This document shows positions 1-11,054 of a DNA stretch of 46,873 nt, one piece after another. Source of the DNA: Chiloscyllium plagiosum (Eukaryota); NCBI RefSeq assembly GCF_004010195.1, contig NC_057718.1:90118837-90165709 (forward strand). Reading direction: 5' to 3'. Within the stretch, counting starts at the first letter, position 1. Every line of letters starts with the position of its first letter. The position numbers and the translations under genes were made by a program. The notes beneath the pieces were generated by a model. It was not told where the DNA came from. It was given only the letters and a program-made list of their open reading frames with translations, and searched no databases.

Positions 1-811
1 GTATTCTGTGCAGTAAAACTGGCTGACCTCATTGCAATCACTACAGAGATAAAGAAACCAATCTCAGCCCAAAACTTTCCTTTCAAATGTCAGAGATGGG
101 GGGGAAGGGTGCGTGCCGTAAAAAGTAACTGGGGAAGGTATCAGCAGAAGTGAACCTCATCGATAAAGTGTCTCTTTAGTCAGGTCTTTCCCTTTCAAAC
201 TCTGCCCCACAGTGAGCATTTCTCTTTCAGCTCAGTGTTACAGCCAACATGCTCCTCCGGTACCATATCGTTTATTTATTTATTTTCAACTCCCAGCGTC
301 CTAATTACATGGCAGTCTTTCATGTTAATGCCACACATTTGTGTGGCAAGTATTTGAGAGACACAGTATTGGGTTGCCAATGAGCTGTGCAGTGTGGGTT
401 TGTGCCAGGATATAGCAGCTTGTGACATTATGTACCCATTAGCAGGCTTTAACTATAATGAATGTTCTGTTAGACCAGGGAAATGTAATACACACAGAGA
501 ACTACCAACCTGCTGGGTTATTCGACCGATAGGTTTCCCTTCCTCACCTCACTACATCGCTCCTTGAATTAATATAATTTATCCTGAATTGAATATTTGA
601 ATGATACTTCATCTGCAACTACTGGAGAGCAATGATTGCCCAATGTTATGAGATTTTTGTCATGTCGATGAACAATTATTTGTGTGATTTCCCTCTCCTG
701 CTTCCCCAAGAAGGCATTGCTTCATTACTGGCAGTTCCACAGACTCTAGTCACCCTCTAGTACTTCCCCTGCAATGATGAGCGTGATAGAGGTGGTCAGA
801 TAAGCTTTTAG

Positions 812-1220
812 TTTTTTTAACTTCACTCGTGGGGTGTGGGGTTTGATGACTGGACCAACACTTATGTCTGACCCTAGCTGCCCATGAGAGGGTGGTGGTG
901 AACTGCTATCTTGAATAGCTGCAATCCATGTGCTGTAAGTGCACCCAAAATGCCCTCAGGTAAGGAATCCTAGGATTTTGACCCAGGCATAGTAAAGGAA
1001 CAGTGATATATTTCCAAGTCAGGATGGTGTGTGGCTTGGAGGGGAACTTGCAGGTCATGGTGTTCCCATGTATCTGCTGCTCTTGTCCTTCTGGTGAATG
1101 TGTGTTTGTTTAAGGAGCTTTGTGTATTATGGAAGTACATCTTTTAGGTATTACACACTTCTCTTATTGAGCGTTGGTGGTGGAATGACTGAGTGTTCAT
1201 GGCTACACTGCAGTTTCTTC
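812..1220 (-). mobile_element. 3' end of a CR1/L2-group LINE ('LINE-B'; probable partner of SINE-B)
   Basis: Reverse strand resembles a decayed ORF2 C-terminus ending in an A-rich tail; the terminal segment resembles the SINE-B tails at 13720-13775 and 32190-32232. Confidence 0.65.
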
Positions 1221-1504
1221 TCAGGAGTGCATAGTTCTGCCTCACACAACATCCACACGAGCACACTTGCCGATTTTCAACGGAAAGCGAATGTGGGACG
1301 GGATCTCTGGCTAATTGTCCTCTTTCTCACCTAGTGCCTTTTGTGGCCATTTGTCCAATCCCCAATGAGACCAACCAACTCAACATAGACTGAAGCTTGA
1401 GCCTGGCTGTTGGTGACATTGGTAAGTCTGGTCGCTCAACAGCTGAATGCCTTGTGAGGACAGAGGGATAGCGAAGGGGGACAAAACACTATACAATTTT
1501 CTTT

Positions 1505-2132
1505 AACAACATGCTTGCTTTCATTTGTTGTAACATTGAGTATAGGTATTGGGACTTAATGTTGCGGCTGGAGAGAACATTGGTGAGGCCACTTTGGAAT
1601 ATTGCGTACAATTCTGATTCCCCTGCTACAGGAAAGCTGTTGTGAAACTTGAAAGGGTTCAGAAAAGATTTTTAAGGATGTTGCTAAGGTTGGACGGTTT
1701 GAGCTCCAGGGAGAGGCTGAACGGGCTGGGGCTGTTTTCCCTGGAGCATCGGAGGCTGAGGGGTGACCTTAGAGAGAGGTTTATAAAATCATGAGGGACA
1801 TGGATAGGGTGAACAGACAAGGCCTTTTTCCCTGGGGTGGGGGAGTCCAAAACTAGAAGGCATAGGTTTAGAGTGAGAGGGGAAAGATTTAAAAATGACC
1901 TTGGGGCCAACTCTTTCACACAGAGGGTGATGAGTGTATAGAATGAGCTGCCAGAGGAATTGGTGGAGGCTGGTACAATCACAACATCTAAAAGGCATCT
2001 GGATGGGTATACAAGTAGGAAGGGTTTAGAGGGATATGGGCCAAATGCTGGCAAATTGGACTAGATTATGTCGGCATGGACGAGTTGGACCGAAGGGTCT
2101 GTTTCTGTGCTGTACATCTTTATGACTCTATA
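1505..2132 (+). mobile_element. CR1 (HER1-like) LINE, 5'-truncated 3' fragment
   Basis: Decayed ORF2 C-terminus (LVRP..LEYCVQF; FTQRV..NELPEE motifs) plus 3' end ggaccgaagggtctgtttctgtgctgtac...tatgactcta. Confidence 0.9.
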
Positions 2133-2759
2133 AAAATTCCCCAATGGATGGTGCTTGTTTGGAAACTTTTGTCCTGTCCTCTAGTAAGCTACAGTATTCC
2201 TAATTTATTGCCCAATTAGAATTATGGCTGCTGTGGCGCAGCACCTTATGAGGTAAATAAAAATGATCACTATTCTCGAATCATAAATTCTGAATAATGG
2301 CAGCGGGTACATTTCCAGCTGCATGCTCTGAAGGAATTGGTCTAATTTAATCAGGTTTCTCTACTTTGACAGAAGGAGGTCATGTTTTCTGCTGAAGAGG
2401 TGTACCTTGGTCCATTGTGATTCGATATTTTCCTTCCCAACTTCTTGACAAATTGCAATGTCTGAAAAATAGTTTATGCTCCACACTCTTGAGCAATAAA
2501 CAGTCTGGAGATGTGCTTCTATTACATAAAACAGCATGTCTTTCTATATTGAACTCCTATGTTGATCTCTCTGGCTCGAGAATCGCGCCAGGTATTGTTG
2601 ACTCTCATTTCCCTCTGTTTAACCCTTCCAATGCTGACTCTTATGTGAAATTGAGGTGAACTTGCCTTGGGAAAAGGCATTCAGTCAGTTCTTCCAATTA
2701 TAAAGACCCCCCTCTAAAAAGCACCAAGAAATATGAGGAAGTGACCTCGGCATTGTGTT

Positions 2760-4085
2760 CTAGCTCAGCTTCTCTGGTCCACTTAGTCTGAATCGGACGC
2801 TGCTTTTCTGAACTGCATGAGTGAAAAATTCCTCCCGACTGAATCTTGGGAAGGCTGGAGCTGTGGACCTTGTTCTGTCCACTGAGGCCACCCCACTCCT
2901 TGGCCACTGTCTCAATCTGTACACACTGTTTGCCAGCCCGGAGTTCTGATTGGCACCAGGACTAGCTTCTGACGCCATATCTTTTCCATCACCCAAGACT
3001 GGCAGGTCATCTCCAACCCTTGCCTGAGCTCTCCTGGTGCCGAGACCCTGCTGAAATGCTGTTTGCTCCCTCAGGATTCGTCTAATCCAGTGCTTGTCTT
3101 GTCTGGCCTCCCATTATCCACCAGGTATAAACTCAATCTCATCCCAAACATTTTGCTGCTTGGATGCGACCTCTCACCATGTCCTGCCAACTGTGTATTC
3201 ACTGACCTACATTAGCTCCTCATGTCTTTAATAAATGTCTTAGTTTACAGAAAGGCCTTAGCTCCCTCAATCTTTCTTCATAAAGCCTGCCTGGACTGGA
3301 GGGCATGTCTTATGAAGAAAGGCTGAGGGAGCTAGGGCTTTTCTCATTGGAGCGAAGAAGGATGATAGGTGACTTGGTAGAGGTGTACACAATTTTGAGA
3401 GGCATAGGTAGAGTGGATAGCCAGAGACTTTGCCCCAGGATAGAAATAAGGGGCATAATTTTAAGGTGATTGGAGGAAGGTTTAGGGGAGATGTCAGAGG
3501 TAGGTTCTTTACACAGAGAGTGGTGAGTGCATGGAATTCACTGCTGGTGGTGGTAGTAGAGTCAGAGACATTAGGGACATTTAAGTGATTCTTCGATAGG
3601 CACATGGAAAACAGTAAGTATGTAGGTTAGTCTGATCTTAGAGTAGGATAAAAGGCTGGTACAACATTGAGGGCCGAAGGGCCTGTACTGTGCTGTACTG
3701 TTCTATGTTCTATATATTAACACTGCTTCCTCATCTCAAACCCCTGCATGACTTTGCTGCCCTGTGCCAGAAGCCCCCATCCACAACCTCTACCGTGCCC
3801 ACCCTCCTTCACCACCCCTGCCTGTCTGATTCCAGCAGGTTGTGCGTTGCCTACTTGAATTGAAGTAGCGTTTGTGCCCATGCCCTTTCACCTTCTAGGC
3901 TGTACGTTGGAATCCCCTTTCTAAAACACTCCACCTCTCTTTGCTGCCTTTTTCTGTGTGATGCCTTTAAAATCGGCCTCTCTGACTGTGCTTTTGCTTC
4001 ATGATCTTAAAGCCCCCTTCTATGGCGGAGTGTCGGATAATGCTCCTGTGAAGAGGGCTCGCATGTTTTATCATGTTGCGGATGT
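2760..4085 (+). mobile_element. Old L2 LINE fragment, interrupted by CR1 at 3268-3713
   Basis: Degenerate L2 ORF2 motifs (ctggcctccca..., ctgacctacattagctcc ~ LHWLP) and an L2-like 3' region continuing after 3715. Confidence 0.6.
3268..3713 (+). mobile_element. CR1 LINE 3' fragment
   Basis: ttcttacacagagagtggtgagtgcatggaat (F(F)TQRVV..WN) motif; tail ctgtactgttctatgttcta. Confidence 0.9.
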
Positions 4086-4599
4086 GAGATGTTGGGTGTG
4101 AGTGAAAGAGACAATGGCATCTGCCCATGTGTGCTGACAAGAGTTGCCATCGCAACACCAGTGACCCAATGACAAATCGACCAGATAGAAACCAGATGGG
4201 ACTTACTGTGAGCCATCTCATCCCATTCCAGTGGATGAGTGATTGGGATTAGTCACCTCTTCACATTTGTATGATATCCACAGCTCAGCTCGTTCCAGCG
4301 GTGTAAATGGGACATGGGATGGAGCTGACACTCTTCAGCAAAATGTGCTTTTAGATTGCCTCATAGCTCCCTAATGCCGTTTGAGTTGGAGTGGTTGAGC
4401 TGGGAGACTCAGGATGTGTGGCCGAAGATTGCTAGTTTCCTCTGAAACGGTTTGGTTTCCTTGGAACGCAGCCTTAGGCTTATTGCAAAAGGTACACATT
4501 TACCGTAAGCTACTCTGCTTTTCTGAAGATCCTTGAAAAACCCTCAATGTGTGCAGCTAAGAATCCCGCCTGGCACAGATGGAGCAGTGGTATTTAAGG

Positions 4600-4789
4600 A
4601 GAACGTGAGGACTGCAGATGCTGGAGATTAGAGCTGAAAATGTGTTGCTGGAAAAGCGCAGCAGGTCAGACAGCATTCAAGGAACAGGAGAATTGACGTT
4701 TCGGGCATAAGCCCTTCTTCAGGAAGGGCTTATGCCCGACACGTCGATTCTCCTGTTCCTTGGATGCTGCCTGACCTGCTGCGCTTTTC
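4600..4789 (-). mobile_element. Fold-back Penelope-like element terminus (PLE-A)
   Basis: Inverted arms ~4648-4716 / ~4723-4792; 15-bp direct repeat cagtggtatttaagg at 4585-4599 and 4790-4804. Confidence 0.8.
4695..4722 (-). ncRNA. Minimal hammerhead ribozyme motif
   Basis: Minus strand reads CTGAAGA-A-GGGC-TTAT-GCCC-GAAA-CG-TC: complete core boxes, stem II and a GUC triplet. Confidence 0.7.
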
Positions 4790-4807
4790 CAGTGGTATTT
4801 AAGGCCA

Positions 4808-4912
4808 GGGTTCTTGTGGCAGAGTGGTATCTGTGAACCAGGAGGCTTGAATTTGCAGCTGCTCCAGAAATGTGTAATAACATTTCTGAACAGATTGATT
4901 GAAAAACATCTA
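4808..4912 (+). mobile_element. Short tRNA-like SINE relic (similar copy at 17472-17587)
   Basis: gtggcagagtggta A-box-like start; shares ctgctccaga...tctgaacagattg with 17472-17587. Confidence 0.5.
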
Positions 4913-5534
4913 AGGTCAGCTGGGAACATTGAGAAGATGTGTGAGAGCACTTATAACAGCCAGCCTGGCTTTACAAGGTCAGTCTTGGTTGATTCGATAG
5001 GTTAAGTGTTAAGAACAACAAAGAGTTTTTGCAGTGATTTGGGAGGGGGAGTTGGATTTTATCACAACAAACTCATCAGGAAGCTATAGGAATTACGTTG
5101 GTTGCTGCTTTACACCCTGCCAGATTTTAATTTGCATTGGCTTCTGGAGACTGAATATAAATGGCACACCAGCCGTCAAGAGTAACTCATTTGGTCTAAA
5201 CGTAAAACATATCCTCTTTTTGTGTGCCTTGAGTTAGTTGGTGCCTGTACACATAAGTAACTCGGAGGGGTACAAAGTTCTTCTCCTGGAAATAGAGCAT
5301 CCTGTGGGTGGCTAGGTGGGTTAACCCTGCTGCTTCACAGCACCAGGGACCTGAGTTGGATTCTAGTTTGGGGGACTTTCTGTATCATGTTTGCGTGTTC
5401 TTTGTGTGGGTTTCCTCTGGGCACTGTAGATTCCTCCCCCAGTCCAAAGACGTGCAGGTTAGGTGGTTTGGCCATGCTAAATTGCCCCGTAGGGTCCAGG
5501 GATGTGCATGCTAAGTGAGTTAGCCAGGGGAAAT

Positions 5535-5655
5535 CAACTAGGCGAAAGTGAGGACTGATGAAGGGCTCCTGCCCGAAAAGTCGATTGTTTTTCTGCTCCT
5601 CGGATGCTGCCTGACCTGTTGTGCATTTCCAGCACCACTCTAATCTTGACACTAT
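5535..5655 (+). mobile_element. PLE-A terminus with hammerhead-like motif at 5555-5582
   Basis: CTGATGA-A-GGGC-TCCT-GCCC-GAAA-AGTC; TSD ccaggggaaat at 5524-5534 and 5656-5666. Confidence 0.8.
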
Positions 5656-5693
5656 CCAGGGGAAATGCAAGGATGGGGTGGGTCTGGGTGGGA

Positions 5694-5847
5694 TAGAATA
5701 TAGAACGTTACAGCGCAGTACAGGCCCTTTGGCCCTCGATGGTTTCACAGGTCAGCGCAACAATCTAAAGCCAACCTAATCTACACTATTCCATTATAAT
5801 CCTTATGTTCATCCAATGACCATTTAATGTTGGCGAGCCCACTATTG
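5694..5847 (-). mobile_element. CR1 3' tip
   Basis: Reverse (TTCTA)n tail and acagcgcagtacaggccc, also seen at 17851 and 28280. Confidence 0.8.
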
Positions 5848-6287
5848 ATGCTGTTTCGGAGAGGTATTGCAGACTCGATGGTCTACATGGTAATCAATGT
5901 AGTGATTCTATTTGCTGGAATTGCCCTGTGATGCACCCCATTTTGGCTCATTGAAGCTGTTTGTTGGCTTCTAGTCTATCCTCTTGTATCTCTCCCCACC
6001 TCAGGATAACCCCTGTGTTTGAGAAAGCCATGTTATGGATGCCCAATGAAGCAGAAGATGTGGCACACGATAAAAGGACAATATACCTGGTGATTTTCTC
6101 AGAAACCAAACTTTAAATAAGTTCATGACTGGCTTTTGACGGCAGTGAGGTTTCTCTGCAAGCAGTGAAACATTGTCAGCACATGCATCATCCTATCAGT
6201 AGGCCACAGTGACGCCTACTTTTTGTTGGCGTCTTCATTTGATGTTGTGTTCATCTGGGTTAAGGATGTTGGCAGTGGGAAATGTAA

Positions 6288-6746
6288 GGCGAGAGTGTGG
6301 TGCTAGAAAAACACAGCAGGCCAGGCAGCGTCTGAGGAGTAGGAGAGTCAACGTTTCCGGCATGAGTCCTTCATCAGAAATGAGGCTTGTGGGCCAAGGG
6401 GGCTGAGAGATAAATGGGAGGGGTGTGGGACTGGGGTGGAGGTAGCTGAGATTGTGATAGGTGGATGGAGGTGGGGGAGAAAGTGATAGGTCAGAGAGGA
6501 GGGTGGACCAGATGGTGGGAAAGANNNNNNNNNNNNNNNNNNNNNNNNNNNNNNNNNNNNNNNNNNNNNNNNNNNNNNNNNNNNNNNNTCTCAGCCCCCT
6601 TGGCCCACAAGCCTCATTCCTGATGAAGGGCTTCTGCCGGAAACGTTGACTCTCCTGCTCCTCGGACGCTGCCTGGCCTGCTGTGCTTTTCTAGCATCAC
6701 ACTCTTCGACTCTGACCTCCAGCATCTGCAGTCCTCACTTTCTCCT
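6288..6746 (+). mobile_element. Fold-back PLE-A with an assembly gap near the apex
   Basis: Arms 6290-6411 and 6589-6705 are reverse complements; TSD agtgggaaatgtaa at 6274-6287 and 6747-6760; hammerhead-like motifs on both strands (6620-6647 on +). Confidence 0.85.
6525..6588. other. Assembly gap (N run)
   Basis: Run of N. Confidence 1.
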
Positions 6747-6924
6747 AGTGGGAAATGTAATTCCTTTTCCAAGAATCACTGGAGGAAGCAGAGGCAGGTA
6801 GACCTTGAACTGCCCTCTCTGCCCCAATGGCAGGCTGCATTGGGTGCACATTGTCAAAATCCATGATGGGACTCCTCACTCACAGGGCTTAAGCATGTCC
6901 AACCATGCTGCAGACCTAATCTGG

Positions 6925-7035
6925 ATTAGAGGAATACAGTCATTGAACAGTGGTTTGGTTGGGATGCTCTTCGGAGGGTTGGTGTGGACTTGATGGGACG
7001 ATTGGCCTGTTTTCGCACAGTAAGGGTTCTATGAT
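6925..7035 (+). mobile_element. HE1/V-SINE 3' fragment
   Basis: gggatgctcttcggagggttggtgtggacttgatggg...ggttctatga. Confidence 0.75.
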
Positions 7036-7351
7036 CTTTGAGCTGGATCAAAGCATATGTTGTCATACTCAGTGCCAGAGCAAAAGTTGATCTGCACCAG
7101 TACCAGATCCCATTAGAAAACAATAGTTAGGAAGAATCCCCTTGTGTTTTCCAATCCATATCTTCAAGGTCTCAACTGAGACACGCAGAGTCTGAAGGCA
7201 ACATTTGGAGACACACATCATGATGTACTTATTCCCATGTACAGGTTTATTCCAATGTTATTGTTGCATCAACACACACATTTTTGAAGTTTGCTATGAA
7301 GCAAGAGAGGTCGATGTGTTCAGGCCAGATGCATATACAAAAGGAAGATTC

Positions 7352-7740
7352 CGTTATGGACCAGACCAGATCCCCTCAAAATATTTTAAGAAGGTATCCT
7401 AGACCCTAACCTTTTCTTATTTCAAAGGTAAATGTGAAGTGTCTGTTCCAGATGCAATGTGACTGGTCAAACAACTCGACGTTAAGCAAAACACAATTTA
7501 TTTAAACACTGTAGTTAAAATACAACCAAAGAAAGAGGAATTTAGAATAACTTGACTCTATTGGAAAACTTAACCAAATAATACATACAGTAACTATTAC
7601 TAATTAACTGTTCCAATATGGTAATCCCATAAACACGTCCCTTGACAATAAAGGAAAATTCAGACACAGATTCTGACATGCGGTTCTTCAATCCAGGAGG
7701 AAAATAGCATCCAGAGAAAATTCAGATAGAATAGCAGCTC
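7352..7740 (-). mobile_element. Possible truncated LTR (LTR-retrotransposon relic)
   Basis: Starts cgttatggacc (degenerate TG start); AATAAA on the minus strand near 7497-7502; recognised by resemblance only. Confidence 0.4.
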
Positions 7741-7742
7741 CG

Positions 7743-8056
7743 ATGTCCTCCCACGGTCCAAACAGATGCGGGTCAGGTGGATTGGCCATGCTCAAATGCC
7801 TGCTGCTAGGGTCAGGGGGATGGTCTGGGTGGGATCCTCTTCAGAAGGTCCGTGTGGACCCGATGGCCTATTTCCACACTGTTGGGATTCCCCAGAGGGA
7901 AAGGTCTGGGTCTGGATGTGCACACTTGGTGCATTAGTCCTGGGAAGTGCAGGGTTTCGGGGATAGAGTAGCGGGGCAGAGTCTGGGTGGGATGCTTTTT
8001 GGAGGGGCAGTGTGGACCCAATGGGCTGAATGGCCTGCTTCCACAATGTAGGGATT
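7743..8056 (+). mobile_element. Two tandem 3' halves of HE1/V-SINE
   Basis: Both ~7743-7890 and ~7895-8056 end in the SINE tail (gtgtggaccc...tttccacact/cttccacaat...gggatt). Confidence 0.8.
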
Positions 8057-8165
8057 GTATTGGTGTGTATGGCAAACCCTCACCCTGCCCATCCTACACC
8101 TGTTTAACAGTTGGCATGAGATCCAATTTGCACGCCTTGATCTGTCTGCTGATCAACCACCGCCA

Positions 8166-8481
8166 GGGTGGCACGGTGGCTCAGTGGTTAGCACTGCTGC
8201 CTCACAGCGCCAGGGACCTGGGTTTAATTCCAGCTTTGGGCGAGTGTCTGTGGAATTTGCACGTTCTCCCTGTGTCTGCGTGGGTTTCCTCCGGGTGCTC
8301 CGGTTTCCTCCCACAATCCAAAGATGTGTAGATCAAGTGAATTGGCCAGGCTAAATTGCCCATAGTGTTGGGGTGGATATAGAGTAGGGGAATGGGTCTG
8401 GGTGGGTTACTCTTCGGAGGGTCGGTGTGGACTTGTTGGGCTGAAGGGCCTGTTTCCATACTGTAGGTAATCTAATCTAGT
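8166..8481 (+). mobile_element. Full-length HE1/V-SINE
   Basis: A-box tggctcagtgg 8177-8187; B-box-like ggtttaattcc 8221-8231; (TAATC)n tail. Confidence 0.92.
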
Positions 8482-8519
8482 CTGTTTGCCTTCAGTTCTC
8501 CCAGTTTGAAATTAAGAAG

Positions 8520-8657
8520 TAAAATATGCTTTAGAGAAGAGAGATGCTTAACGGCCAGATACAAACAGGAGGGTGAGGAGTTCTGCTGAGTCAGGGAGCC
8601 GGCTCTGAGCTAGCTGGATCAGTGTCACGTACTATGCATGTGTAAATAAATAGTGAT
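8520..8657 (+). mobile_element. Possible LTR 3' fragment
   Basis: gtactatgcatgtgtaaataaa polyA-signal context resembles LTR R/U5 regions; weak evidence. Confidence 0.3.
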
Positions 8658-8982
8658 GAATCATAGAATCCCTACAGTGTGGAAATCAGCCCTTTGGCCC
8701 AAAACATCCACACTGACCCATTCCCCTACCAGTCACCCAACTAGATAAAATATGCACCTAACCTATACATCCCTGAACACTATGTATAATTTAGCATGAC
8801 CAATTCATTTAACTTGTACATCTTTGGACTGTGGGAGGAAACCAATGCACCCTGAGGAAACCAACACAGACACAGGGACAACGTGCAAATTCCACACAGA
8901 CAGTTGTCCATGGCTGGAATCGAACCCAGGACCGTGGCGCTGTGAGGCAGCAGTGCTAACCACTGAGCCACCGTGCTGCCCC
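8658..8982 (-). mobile_element. Full-length HE1/V-SINE
   Basis: ggaatcgaacc (reverse B-box) and aaccactgagccaccgtgctgccc (reverse head). Confidence 0.92.
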
Positions 8983-10362
8983 AAGGGGTTATTTCAAAGC
9001 CTCTTTTATGAGATGCAATCCTGGTGCGACATTATTGGTGCAAACTCAAATGCAGCACTTAGAGGCTTTTCTCTTTTAGAAAAAAACCTTCATTTAAAAA
9101 TAGGCCCGAGTGAAGGAAGATTTTGGCAGGTCCTTTATTTTGACTGAGGCCTTTGGCAGCTCCAGCTGTGCCCTGTTGGCCGCTTTCGGCCTGACAAATA
9201 CAGAAACGTGGCCAAACGTTTATTCATTTCAATCCCTGCGAAGAAGGCTTAGGATTCAGCAAAACTAGGCTGTGCAACTGTACTGTGGCACGGTTAAGAC
9301 TGAACATCGTTTATCGGGAGAAGCAGTTAAAGAATCCGGAGCCGAAGCTGTGAAATGGTGTTAAGATACAAATCAGCCGTGATGTATTTCAGTGATAGAG
9401 CAATCCAGAGGGGCCGAATGGTCTCCCTCTGTTCCTATGAACTGATATAGCGAGAAAGAATGAAAGACAAGTGGTATCGGGAGCAGGTGAAAATGTCTTT
9501 TTATCTTTACACCGTATTTACAAAGTGAATCAGTTCTGCAGGTGGCCTTCCAAACCACATGTTTCCTTCCAGGTTTTCCACTTCTATGTTCATTCCCAAA
9601 AACAAAATGATCACTGGAATTGCCTGGTCTTGTTTCCTCCCCTTGGGAACGCTGCAAACTCTCAACTTCTTCAGTGGATTGAAGTGAGTCTCAGATAAAG
9701 AACTTCAGGATGGGGATCTATGCGTTGTGAAAAAGTAATCGTGACTGTGTTTGGGTCAGGTACAGCGCAAGACAGGTGCATTGTCCCATTCCTGGCTTTA
9801 AAACAATCTCCTGTGAGGAGGTGCCCGAGTGAAACATGAAACCTTGCCTTGGAGTCATAGCGATTTTACCACATAGAAAGAGGCCCTTCAGCCCAACTTG
9901 TCCATGCCAGTCATCTGACCGAATCCCATAATCCAGCTCTTGGCCCATAGCTCTGTATGCTGTGCTCATCTAAATAGGTCTCAAATATTGCTAGGCGTCC
10001 TACCTCTACCACCCTTTCTTCAGTGTGTTCTAGATACCCACAAACTCTGTGTGAAAAAACGTTTCCTCAAAATCCCTTATAAATCCTTGCCCCTTACCTT
10101 AAATCCATACACCTTGGTTATTGGACCCTCTACCAAGAGTAAAAGCATCTCCGATCTATCCTGTACATGCCTCTTGTAATTTTCTGCACCTTAATCCGAT
10201 TCACCCCCCAGCCGTTTCTTGCTGAATCACTCCAGCCCCAGACAACATCCTGGTGAGTCTCCTCTGTAGCCTCTCTTGTGCAACCACATCCTTCCTACAG
10301 TGTGATAACAGAACTGCACACAGTACTCCAACTGTGGCCTGTTGAATGTTATATACTGAAAT

Positions 10363-10680
10363 CATCATAGAATCCCTACAGTTCGGAAGCAGGCCATTTG
10401 GCCCATCAAATCCACACCGATCCTCCGAAAAGCCATCCCACCCTGACCCACCCCCTATGGCTAATCCACATAGTCTGCACATCCCTGAATGCTACGGGCA
10501 ATTTCCCAATGTCAATCCACCTGACCTGCACACCTTTGGACTGTGGGAGGAAACCGGAGCACCCGGAGGAAACCCACGCAGACATGGGGAGAATGTGCAA
10601 ACTCCACACCTACAGTCACCTGAGGGTGGAATCGAACCTGGGTCCCTGGCGCTGTGAGGCAACAGTTAAAACCACTAAAC
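10363..10680 (-). mobile_element. HE1/V-SINE
   Basis: gggaggaaaccggagcacccggaggaaaccc; ggaatcgaacctgggtccctggcgctgtgaggc. Confidence 0.9.
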
Positions 10681-10682
10681 AA

Positions 10683-10822
10683 TTAACTTTTCGAGTCCAG
10701 TGATTCTCCTTCAGAATTGAATCTGAAGAAGGGCCATTAGACATGAAATGTTGACTCTGTTTTCTCTTCACAGATGCTGCCAGACCTGCTGAGTTTCTCC
10801 AGCATTCTCTGTTTTTTTGTTT
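10683..10822 (+). mobile_element. Second Penelope-like family terminus (PLE-B), short fold-back, degenerate hammerhead motif
   Basis: CTGAAGA-agggccattagacat-GAAAtgtt with inverted counterpart aacttttcgagtccagtgattctccttcag; cagatgctgccagacctgctgagtttctccagca. Confidence 0.65.
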
Positions 10823-10838
10823 GCTGACATTATATACA

Positions 10839-11054
10839 TTCAAGATTAGAGTGTGTTGCTGGAAAAGCACAGAAGGTCAGGCAGCCTCTGAGGAGCAGGG
10901 AAATCAACTTTTCGGGCAAAAGCCCTTCATCAGGAACGTGACCGAACGTCGATTTTCCTGCTCCTCAGATGCTGCCTGTCACGCTGTGCTTTTCCAGCAC
11001 CACACTCTCATCTTGACTCTAATCTCCAGCATCCGCAGTGCCCACCTCCGCCCA
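10839..11054 (+). mobile_element. Fold-back PLE-A
   Basis: TSD acattatataca at 10827-10838 and 11055-11066; minus-strand CTGATGA-A-GGGC-TTTT-GCCC-GAAA at 10906-10933. Confidence 0.85.

Larger units (their letters stand above)
5305..5910 (+). mobile_element. HE1/V-SINE with two nested insertions (PLE-A 5535-5655; CR1 tail 5694-5847)
   Basis: Head ctgctgcttcacagcaccagggacc; V-domain-like ccccagtccaaagacgtgcaggttagg; SINE tail resumes at ~5848. Confidence 0.85.

Noticed and set aside
329..348. Hairpin tgccacac-attt-gtgtggca
   Set aside because: An 8-bp stem is expected by chance in 47 kb and has no supporting context
8166..8240. tRNA gene
   Set aside because: A/B boxes belong to a SINE head that continues into the V-SINE body; no convincing cloverleaf
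8055..8459. Recurrent peptides such as CGRKPEHPEETHADTGR and AQWLALLPHSARD
   Set aside because: Spurious translations of V-SINE copies
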